The position numbers were made by a program, and so were the translations under genes. A model generated the notes under the pieces. It was not told the DNA's origin and searched no databases. It was given only the letters and a program-made list of their open reading frames with translations. DNA of 64,000 nt from Eubacteriales bacterium (GTDB lineage Bacteria; Bacillota; Clostridia; Oscillospirales; CAG-382): positions 21,782 through 85,781 of the forward strand of contig JAQVPJ010000007.1 in NCBI GenBank assembly GCA_028702135.1. The letters run 5' to 3'. Shown here one piece after another: positions 57,161-64,000 of this stretch. Each line of letters starts with the position of its first letter. Within the stretch, counting starts at the first letter, position 1.

Positions 57161-57889
57161 CTATTCAGCTTCATCTACCTTTAATATATTGATTATCATA
57201 TCAATTTTGAACTGTCCGCCTATGATGCTGTCAACACATTCCGGGTCGTCCCCCTCAAGCCAGATTACAACGGTAAACTTAACGTATTCATCCGGGTTGA
57301 AATCATAGATATTTTTTCGGGTAATAATCGATTCTGTAAGAAATTCGACTGTGCCGAGTTCCGGACCGGTTCCGTCGGTTTTTGTCCTAGCGTAATCTAC
57401 GCTCTCTCCGTTGACGTAAAGTCTCACCCGTACCGCTTTTTCAATGCCAAGGGTTGTGTTCGCTATGTAAAGCATATATTCAACATCAACAATGTTCTGA
57501 CCGGCATTCTTAAGGTAATAAGTGTAAGCGAGGTAATCTTTTCCGCTGTGTTCACCGTTTATGCTGTCTAAATCCATCGGTAGATCTTTTATACTTATAT
57601 TGGTAATATCCTGTGTCGCCTTTGAGTTAAGCCTTGCTGTCGGTTTTGGAAAATCAGGTGTTTCCGAAAGGGTTAGGGCATATTGTACGCTGTCGTATTT
57701 ATCTATCCTGACGGTGTAGCTTCCGAATTTTGTATATAATGCTGATGCGATATATACAACGGCAAGTACTGTTATTAAAACTGCTAATGCCGCCGGTATG
57801 ATTTTCATTAAAATGCTGTATTTCTTTATCTCTTTGGCGCGGCGTTTCAGGATTCTTGGATTATTGTTTCTCAATACTTCCATTTTCAT
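57161..57889 (-). CDS. Membrane-anchored member of the same subunit family (putative base/anchor)
   Basis: Basic N-terminus + TM without AWF/AYF motif; YYLKNAG; C-terminal VVIWLEGDDPEC...QFKIDM. Confidence 0.65.
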   Translation of the reverse strand: MKMEVLRNNNPRILKRRAKEIKKYSILMKIIPAALAVLITVLAVVYIASALYTKFGSYTVRIDKYDSVQYALTLSETPDFPKPTARLNSKATQDITNISIKDLPMDLDSINGEHSGKDYLAYTYYLKNAGQNIVDVEYMLYIANTTLGIEKAVRVRLYVNGESVDYARTKTDGTGPELGTVEFLTESIITRKNIYDFNPDEYVKFTVVIWLEGDDPECVDSIIGGQFKIDMIINILKVDEAE

Positions 57890-58637
57890 CGACCTCCTTT
57901 AAGTCATCTATGACTTCCGAAAGGCTCTTGAACGGTTCTTTTGCCAAATATCCAAAAAAGCCTGCGCGGGTTAATTCCTCGTTTGCCGCTGTCCCTTCCG
58001 GCTCTGTCGCGATTGTTCTTGCGCCGAAATTCTTAATCAGCAAATTCAGCGATTCAACAGCGGTCGTCGATGAGTTCTGAATTGTCTTTCCGGGTGAGGT
58101 ACTTACCATAGCATAATCGAACGGATAGTTTGCAAACCTCATAACCGGGCAATATTCATCTCCAAAGTCGGAAATCATGGTCTTTACTTTTAATCTTCTG
58201 AAAATATCGAATCCTTTTTTTATAACGGCTGAGTCTTCATATAATATAGAATTCGGAAAAACAAGACAAATATTGTCGCCGTCTGAAAAATCGTTTTTTA
58301 TAAAAAGCCGTTCAACGGTTCTTGCAAAGCTCTCCTTGGCGGCTCTTGCGGGACATCGTATTGCTATAAAATCTATTTCAATGCCCGATTCCCTGAGTTT
58401 TCCAATCGCTCTCATAGCGTAGGTAATTCCCCAGATTGCCAGCTTCTCGCTCCTAACAGTACGTTCCGCGACGACTTCGTATTTTTCGGGTTTCAGCTCA
58501 CCTAAAGCAGTGCTGTTAAGAACCATTTCGGTATATAATGCAAAGGTTTTGCCATATTCGCAGGAATTAATTTTTTTATAGCTTATTGTTATCGGCTCGA
58601 TGCCCGAGGCTATTGCTTCATGGGTTTTTTGTTTCAA
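57861..58637 (-). CDS. Degenerate stand-alone EAL domain protein
   Basis: EAL-like fold markers (ISYKKI, MISDFGDEY, PFDYAMV); catalytic EAL Glu and DDFG altered; TTG start 58637 after GGGAGG. Confidence 0.7.
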   Translation of the reverse strand: MKQKTHEAIASGIEPITISYKKINSCEYGKTFALYTEMVLNSTALGELKPEKYEVVAERTVRSEKLAIWGITYAMRAIGKLRESGIEIDFIAIRCPARAAKESFARTVERLFIKNDFSDGDNICLVFPNSILYEDSAVIKKGFDIFRRLKVKTMISDFGDEYCPVMRFANYPFDYAMVSTSPGKTIQNSSTTAVESLNLLIKNFGARTIATEPEGTAANEELTRAGFFGYLAKEPFKSLSEVIDDLKEVDENGSIEKQ

Positions 58638-58659
58638 TTCCGGCACCTCCCGAATACAA

Positions 58660-58695
58660 TAATAAAAGCCAGCCACAATAAAATTTGCAACTGGC
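58660..58695 (-). terminator. Terminator of the gene-proximal riboswitch (overlaps aptamer 3' strand)
   Basis: GCCAGTTGCAA/TTGTGGCTGGC 11-bp stem followed by TTTTATT. Confidence 0.8.
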
Positions 58696-58756
58696 TGTCT
58701 TATTAAGACCCTTTAGCTTTGCGTCATACCCTTGCGGGTACTTTGCCCGATATTCA
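58685..58756 (-). ncRNA. c-di-GMP-I riboswitch (second, gene-proximal tandem unit)
   Basis: GGGCAAA-GTACCC-GCAA-GGGTAT-GACGCAAAGC-TAAAGGGTCTTAATAAGACAGCCAGTTGC. Confidence 0.9.
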
Positions 58757-58767
58757 ATATTGTAATT

Positions 58768-58806
58768 ATAAAAGAAAACGCCAGGTGCAAACAAATTGCA
58801 ACTGGC
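58768..58806 (-). terminator. Terminator of the promoter-proximal riboswitch (overlaps aptamer 3' strand)
   Basis: GCCAGTTGCAA/TTGCACCTGGC stem followed by GTTTTCTTTT. Confidence 0.8.
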
Positions 58807-58866
58807 TGTCTTATTAAGACCCTTTAGCTTTGCGTCATATCCTTGCAGATATTTTGCCTATTATTA
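58796..58866 (-). ncRNA. c-di-GMP-I riboswitch (first, promoter-proximal tandem unit)
   Basis: AGGCAAA-ATATCT-GCAA-GGATAT-GACGCAAAGC-TAAAGGGTCTTAATAAGACAGCCAGTTGC; 44 bp identical to the other unit, P2 differs by compensatory changes. Confidence 0.9.
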
Positions 58867-58877
58867 TTTTCAAGCTT

Positions 58878-58906
58878 ATTATAATACAGCTTTTTCTAAT
58901 TGTCAA
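58878..58906 (-). promoter_or_regulatory. Consensus sigma-A promoter of the riboswitch-controlled fibre operon
   Basis: TTGACA-17-TATAAT. Confidence 0.85.
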
Positions 58907-59087
58907 GTGTTTTTTTATTTTTTTGTAAAAAATTTTTGTTTTGAATAAAAAGTTCTTTTTTCCGGTTTTATTCATCAAAATCATATGTGAAAAATCCGAT
59001 TTGCAAAAAACACTTGTTTTTAATTATCGCTAGCAAATGATTTGCATATATTTAGCGGATAAAGTTTTAATGAATTATTTAAAATCA

Positions 59088-59115
59088 TTGACAATTACAA
59101 GCATAATGATATAAT
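59088..59115 (+). promoter_or_regulatory. sigma-A promoter of the GNAT/phosphotransferase cluster
   Basis: TTGACA-16-TATAAT with TGn. Confidence 0.7.
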
Positions 59116-59185
59116 AACTGATGGTTATGTTAAATAAATTCTTTTCTTTTAAACCTTTATGCAATTTATACCGCAAAGGAATGTG

Positions 59186-59247
59186 ATGGCAGTAGAAAAT
59201 GAAATATAATAAGAAATATTTGATGATTTTTCTGGTGTCACTGCCAT
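59186..59247 (+). promoter_or_regulatory. Putative leader peptide (MAVENEI*) attenuator hairpin
   Basis: AAAGGA RBS, uORF 59186-59209; ATGGCAGT is exactly complementary to ACTGCCAT at 59240-59247. Confidence 0.4.
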
Positions 59248-59343
59248 ACCGTTATGTATTGTCTGTGTCTTAACGAAGATTAAAACATTTTATTTTGAGA
59301 ACTCATACTCAGATACATTATAACAGAATTGAGGTTAGTCGAG

Positions 59344-60429
59344 ATGATTTCCATAAAACAAGCAACCGATAAAGATATTCCCGTAATTGAAGAAATTATG
59401 ACCGATGTTATTGACTGGCTCGAATCAATTGGTCAGCCACAATGGAAACGGCAAAATGTAACTTGGAGCGGGTTATCACGGAATTTTCATGTAGGAGATT
59501 TTTATATCGCAACTATTGAAAATGAACCGGTAGGTTGCATGGCATTGATTGACTATGACCCTACATTTTGGCCGGAAGTACAAAAAGGCGAATCATTGTT
59601 CATTCATAAGCTTGCGGTAAAACGCTGCGGTGCGAAACAAGGTGTTTCAAAAGCATTGATCAGTTTTGCTAAAGAACAAGCTATAAAACTCAATATAAAT
59701 AATGTTTGGCTCGACACTCATCAGTTCAGAGAAAAAGTGCGTGACTTATATGAACGGGAGGGTTTTGTATGCATAAACGAAAAATGCTTGTTTGGGAAAT
59801 ATCATACTGCTTTTTATGTTTGGAAAGCAGTTAATTCCATTATTAACCATTATGATACTCTCGTAGATGAAAACAACGACCCGGTGCATGATCCCGCTCC
59901 ATTAAAAACCTATATGAACAAATGGGACGGTGATGCTTTTATTGAAGCGTTGCAGCTTTCACCGGGCAAGTCTGTTTTGGAAATCGGCGTTGGTACAGGA
60001 CGACTTGCGATGCGAGTTTGCGGTAAGTGTAGAAGTTTTACAGGCGTTGATATTTCACCAAAAACAATTGAGCGAGCGAAGGAAAATCTGCGAGAATTTT
60101 CAAACGTTCACTTAATTTGTGGTAATTATCTCACTCATAAATTTCATAGTACCTTTGATGTGATCTATTCTTCCCTCACTTTTATGCATATAAAAGACAA
60201 GAAAGCGGCAATTCAAAAGGCGCTAGATTTGTTATCCCCCGGTGGGCGGTTTGTGTTGTCAATTGATAAAAACCAGCAAACCGATATTGACTACGGCACT
60301 CGGCGTATCCCAGTGTTTCCGGATAGACCGGAAGAAGTTAGCGAATTGCTAACCAAAGCTGGATTTACAATTGAGCAGCAGTTCGAAACAGAATTTGCCG
60401 TTATATTTACGGCAGTGAAAGGAACATAA
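59344..60429 (+). CDS. GNAT acetyltransferase - class I SAM methyltransferase fusion
   Basis: IHKLAVKR...LRDLYEREGF-like GNAT; VLEIGVGTGR, GVDIS methyltransferase motifs; start ATG 59344. Confidence 0.85.
   Translation: MISIKQATDKDIPVIEEIMTDVIDWLESIGQPQWKRQNVTWSGLSRNFHVGDFYIATIENEPVGCMALIDYDPTFWPEVQKGESLFIHKLAVKRCGAKQGVSKALISFAKEQAIKLNINNVWLDTHQFREKVRDLYEREGFVCINEKCLFGKYHTAFYVWKAVNSIINHYDTLVDENNDPVHDPAPLKTYMNKWDGDAFIEALQLSPGKSVLEIGVGTGRLAMRVCGKCRSFTGVDISPKTIERAKENLREFSNVHLICGNYLTHKFHSTFDVIYSSLTFMHIKDKKAAIQKALDLLSPGGRFVLSIDKNQQTDIDYGTRRIPVFPDRPEEVSELLTKAGFTIEQQFETEFAVIFTAVKGT
60351..60423 (+). repeat. Direct repeat copy 1 (3' end of the methyltransferase gene)
   Basis: 73 bp, 8 mismatches against 61385-61457 by manual alignment. 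Confidence 0.85.
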
Positions 60430-60431
60430 TC

Positions 60432-61325
60432 GTGGAAACAAAAATTGAAAATATATTATCTAAATTTGTGGTAAGTATCCCATCATCCATTACACAAATA
60501 TATAGAAGCGCATGGGATATTGATGATACATATGTATTAAAAACGAACGATGATAAAAGTCAGCTTGACAAAAGTATAATGCTAAATCAGCTGCTTCTTT
60601 CGGAGGGTGTACCGGTCATCGAATTCATCTATAGCACAAATGGTAAACCGTATGTATACTTAGACGGCAAATATTGGTGTCTAATGAAAAAGATAAAGGG
60701 ATATTGTTTTGACCCTTTTGTAGGAGAATTGAAGAACAATGGAATTATGTTGGGAAAAGCCATTGCCAAGCTTCATATAGCTCTGAAAAGCATCGAAAAC
60801 AAAGTCGAGGCTTACGAGTCAGACTTTTCAGATGAATTACTGTCATGGATTGTACCGGAACTTGAAAAACACAGTGTATCCTTCAGCGATGGAGTGATGG
60901 ATAGTATTGTTACTTTTTTAGGCAGAGATTACAAGGCATTACCCCGGCAGCTGATCCATCGCGATATACATACAAGTAATCTTCTTTATGAAAACGGCAC
61001 ATTCTCTTTTATTGATTTCGACTTGAGCCAAAGGAATGTAAGGATATTTGATATAGTCTATCTCGGTTGTTCACAGCTGGTTGAAAACTATAAGGATGAA
61101 ACCAGATTGAAACATTGGTGTGAGATTTTCAGAGGGATTTTACATGGGTACAATGAGTTGTTGCCTTTGAGCGAAGAAGAAATAAATGCCATACCGTTTT
61201 TATTTGTTTTTGATGAAATGCTCTTTACTGCTTTTTATTTGAAAACCGGTCAGCCGGAGATTGCGAAGAGCTGTGAAGAAATGACAAATTGGCTACATAA
61301 AAACATTGCGACAATTATTCGTTAA
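60432..61325 (+). CDS. Phosphotransferase (APH/choline kinase/homoserine kinase type II fold)
   Basis: YVLK, IAKLH, QLIHRDIHTSNLL, FIDFD. Confidence 0.88.
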   Translation: METKIENILSKFVVSIPSSITQIYRSAWDIDDTYVLKTNDDKSQLDKSIMLNQLLLSEGVPVIEFIYSTNGKPYVYLDGKYWCLMKKIKGYCFDPFVGELKNNGIMLGKAIAKLHIALKSIENKVEAYESDFSDELLSWIVPELEKHSVSFSDGVMDSIVTFLGRDYKALPRQLIHRDIHTSNLLYENGTFSFIDFDLSQRNVRIFDIVYLGCSQLVENYKDETRLKHWCEIFRGILHGYNELLPLSEEEINAIPFLFVFDEMLFTAFYLKTGQPEIAKSCEEMTNWLHKNIATIIR

Positions 61326-61384
61326 TTATAAAAAGAAGAAAACCTTATTTATCCTGACACGGCAAAAGATACACACCAACTTTT

Positions 61385-61457
61385 AACCAAAGCCGGATTT
61401 ATAATAGAAAAGCAGTTCGAAACAGGATTTGCCGTTATATTCACGGCGGTGAAAGGA
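61385..61457 (+). repeat. Direct repeat copy 2: orphan methyltransferase 3' remnant
   Basis: Encodes LLTKAGFIIEKQFETGFAVIFTAVKG versus LLTKAGFTIEQQFETEFAVIFTAVKG. Confidence 0.85.
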
Positions 61458-61468
61458 GCAAATGATAA

Positions 61469-62533
61469 ATGAACTTTTCAAAGACAATAGACTTCCTGCT
61501 TGAAAATGCCTGTGCCAGCATTAAATATCTGATACACCGGGATATGCTGAAAACCCCGATTGACGACCCGATGATGCGGACTATGCAGACAGAGTTTTTG
61601 AAGCAGCCAATCGTGCAAAAAATTTTAGCGAAACAACACCCGGACGGATGGATCGGATATGAATTGCATGGGATCGACAGCATAGAAGCCGTTATGCGGT
61701 TGATCGATCTTGGCGTTGAGCCGGACGACGAACATATCAAAAGAGCAATTAATGCCTTGCTCACACCTGAAATTGCGGGGCAGCATAAAAATCATTTTGC
61801 CGCCGGAGACGCGCTGGACGCTGACGGACGCGGTGGTAACAAGGCGGTCACCGCCGGAATTTTAGCGGCAGCTCGGGTATCGGAAGATACGCAACCTTTG
61901 GCTGATGAAATTGAGCTTTCCTTTAACCATCTCTCCGGCGCACTTGCACATAAGAGCATAGACGATTTTACGATACAGGGATCTAAATTCCGTTATTACA
62001 AGCCCCGCGTCAAATTCCCCGGTGCAAATCACATTGGAATTCTGGCGAATACTGTCGGTTGGCGGACTGACGAAAATCTACAAACAGCAAAAGCCGCTAT
62101 GACACATTGTTATTCGCTTATGAAGGATTTCGAGGGCTACATCATGTTCCGCAAGCCAAAAGAATACGGTGGCAACTTTATGGGACCGTTCAACTTCGGT
62201 TGGCAATTTCTTAATCCTGTTGACATGGCGGGTTTGCAATGGATAATTGATAATCCAAACCGTTACACATTTGGGTTTTGGCTGAGAATTATAACAGGAC
62301 TTCCCGATTGGGCAATTCAAACAACACAACCGTATGAGCTTTTGGCTGAATTGCTTGAAGCCGACACATTGATGGATATTATGAATGACAAAACCCTGCA
62401 AGGATTCCGGCGTATCTCTGGCAGAGAGTCCTACTGGCGGAACAAAACCGCCGTAAAGTGCGATGTGGTATTCGCCGTACTCAAGGCTTGCTGGCCTGTG
62501 TTGCAGGTGAAAGCAAATAATGGGGTTAAATAA
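61469..62533 (+). CDS. Hypothetical protein, prenyltransferase/alpha-toroid-like family
   Basis: IDFLLENACASIKY, ILAKQHPDGW; N-terminus resembles the pseudogene at 25256-26213. Confidence 0.6.
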   Translation: MNFSKTIDFLLENACASIKYLIHRDMLKTPIDDPMMRTMQTEFLKQPIVQKILAKQHPDGWIGYELHGIDSIEAVMRLIDLGVEPDDEHIKRAINALLTPEIAGQHKNHFAAGDALDADGRGGNKAVTAGILAAARVSEDTQPLADEIELSFNHLSGALAHKSIDDFTIQGSKFRYYKPRVKFPGANHIGILANTVGWRTDENLQTAKAAMTHCYSLMKDFEGYIMFRKPKEYGGNFMGPFNFGWQFLNPVDMAGLQWIIDNPNRYTFGFWLRIITGLPDWAIQTTQPYELLAELLEADTLMDIMNDKTLQGFRRISGRESYWRNKTAVKCDVVFAVLKACWPVLQVKANNGVK

Positions 62534-62535
62534 AT

Positions 62536-63138
62536 ATGAACCTTGAAATTAAACCGCTTAAACCTGAGCTTTCTGCTGATTATTTCGATTTCTTCGAGAA
62601 TCGGGCGTTCACAGACGATTCTCCTTACAGGTGTTATTGTCAGGTTTATCAAATGAGCAAAGAGCAGTATCAAGTGGTGTATGAAAATGTAGATGATGTT
62701 GACTTAGGATACATCTCCCGTGAGGTCGCCGAACGACAAATCGAATCGGGCATCCTGAAGGGATATTTGGCGTTTATTGACGGCGTAGTCATAGGGTGGT
62801 GTAACTCAAACGACCGTGCGAATTATCCCGTCGAACCGGTATATGATGATACTCCTTTCTACGCTCCGGCAGAAAAGCGGGAAAAGGCTGTGGTGTGTTT
62901 TGAAATTGCCCCGGAGTATCGTGGGAAAGGTGTTGCCACTGCTCTTTTACAACGGGTTATAAATGACGCAAAAGCCGAAGGTTATTCTGCTGTTGTGGGA
63001 TTCCCTGCCGTACGAAACGAACGATATGAATGGGATTTTTCAGGTCCTGTGCGGTTATATGAGAAACTCGGGTTTATCAAGGTAGCGGAGGAAAATAATA
63101 TTGCGACTATGCGTAAGGAGTTGAATAAGCCATTCTAA
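62536..63138 (+). CDS. GNAT family acetyltransferase
   Basis: CYC, GYLAFIDGVVIGWC, VCFEIAPEYRGKGVA, LYEKLGF. Confidence 0.88.
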   Translation: MNLEIKPLKPELSADYFDFFENRAFTDDSPYRCYCQVYQMSKEQYQVVYENVDDVDLGYISREVAERQIESGILKGYLAFIDGVVIGWCNSNDRANYPVEPVYDDTPFYAPAEKREKAVVCFEIAPEYRGKGVATALLQRVINDAKAEGYSAVVGFPAVRNERYEWDFSGPVRLYEKLGFIKVAEENNIATMRKELNKPF

Positions 63139-63533
63139 TACCACATTTACATTTTTGCGGTGATTGTGCGCATGCAATCGCATTATATGAAAAAGTGTTT
63201 GATACAAAAGTTGAAAGCGTTATTTACAGCAGGGATTTTTTGCCGGATGAAAATAATAACGATAACAGGATAGCCCATGCTGTCATGTATATTCACGGGC
63301 AAAAGATATTCTTAAACGACCGATTTGGCAATAAGGACAAGTCTTCTGATATAGCTGTTCATCTTATAATCCTGTTTAAAAACACAGAGGAATTACTTAC
63401 ATGTTATGAAATAATGAAGCCGGATAGCACTATCATTGATCCGATGACAGAACTTCCATACAGTAAACTTGCTGTTCAGTTTATTGATAAATACGGTGTA
63501 CAATGGGGGTTCATGGTGCAGGAGGAAATATAA
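63132..63533 (+). CDS. VOC/PhnB-like glyoxalase-family protein (ATT at the expected start position)
   Basis: Frame extends upstream of the called ORF: LIPHLHFCGDCAHAIALYEKVF; HAVM, NDRF, FIDKYGVQWGF. Confidence 0.75.
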   Translation: MLIPHLHFCGDCAHAIALYEKVFDTKVESVIYSRDFLPDENNNDNRIAHAVMYIHGQKIFLNDRFGNKDKSSDIAVHLIILFKNTEELLTCYEIMKPDSTIIDPMTELPYSKLAVQFIDKYGVQWGFMVQEEI

Positions 63534-63539
63534 AAATCC

Positions 63540-63825
63540 ATCCGATAGGTAAAAGAAAACTCATAAAAAGAGATATGCTCCGACTCCTTAAATGGCTTCC
63601 ACCCAAAATGTTCTGCCTTGTATGCAGTATTGATAACAATTTCATTTGATTTATCTGACATTGTTTTTATTAAATAGGTTTGTAGGGTATCGTGCTGTGA
63701 CCGCTGCGTTTCTTCTGATTTGTCTTTGGATTTAATGAGAGCATTTTCATATGGCGTGATATGTCTTTAGTTCTGTTCAGAGCTTTTATGTCTTTGGCTT
63801 TTGGGCGAAGTTTGATTTTACTCAT
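63540..63825 (-). pseudogene. Frameshifted, truncated remnant resembling the N-terminus of an ICE conjugation protein (CD1108-like)
   Basis: Adding one A at 63744-63747 gives MSKIKLRPKAKDIKALNRTKDISRHMKNALIKSKDKSEETQRSQHD...TAYKAEHFG; family resemblance is from memory. Confidence 0.5.
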
Positions 63826-64000
63826 GGGAATACCTACTTTTATGTTCATAAAAAAAGCCCAGAGCTGTTTTGGCTCAGAGCATAGAACTTTATCGTAAAT
63901 AAAAACTTTAACCAAATAACAACCCGCAGTTGATTTGACGACAAATAATTGTTTATTGATTTTCACTCCTCCGTATTTTACAATATAGTTACAAGTACTT

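Noticed and set aside
63670-63966. 98-aa minus ORF as a real gene
   Set aside because: Its N-terminal half lacks an RBS and looks intergenic; the coding-like part starts at 63825 and is better explained as a frameshifted remnant

Overview
Chromosomal window from a low-GC, spore-forming Clostridia-type Firmicute (inferred from sigK, the MEP pathway, a vor-type oxidoreductase operon, a dockerin and a sortase-type signal). Bases 1-19.8 kb are mostly housekeeping: DJ-1 family, CPBP protease, mltG, U32 peptidase, 2-oxoacid:ferredoxin oxidoreductase operon, ispDF, nagAB, an M16 peptidase pair, lgt, folD, sigK and thiN. The two strongest candidates for undescribed systems are both c-di-GMP linked. 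(1) 20.1-22.5 kb: a tightly coupled minus-strand operon (secreted protein, minimal nucleotidyltransferase, cupin-HD-GYP, HEPN) under a variant c-di-GMP-I riboswitch with a predicted OFF platform. (2) 43.9-58.9 kb: two convergent operons encoding four proteins with SipW-class signal peptides and a membrane-anchored relative (TasA/CalY-like fibre subunits), two SipW-type peptidases, a membrane-anchored McrB-like AAA+ GTPase, a DUF2357 protein with a coiled coil instead of a nuclease, a degenerate EAL protein and a GGDEF(degenerate)-EAL phosphodiesterase; the minus operon lies behind two tandem c-di-GMP-I ON riboswitches. Between and after these are accessory stress/xenobiotic clusters (TetR, WYL, AraC-GyrI, extra UvrD, SPL-like radical SAM, S66, GNATs, phosphotransferase), a tRNA-Val(GAC), a frameshifted pseudogene and a probable ICE gene remnant. 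I found no CRISPR array, rRNA, integrase or transposase. All family assignments are by-eye motif recognition; no database searches were run.
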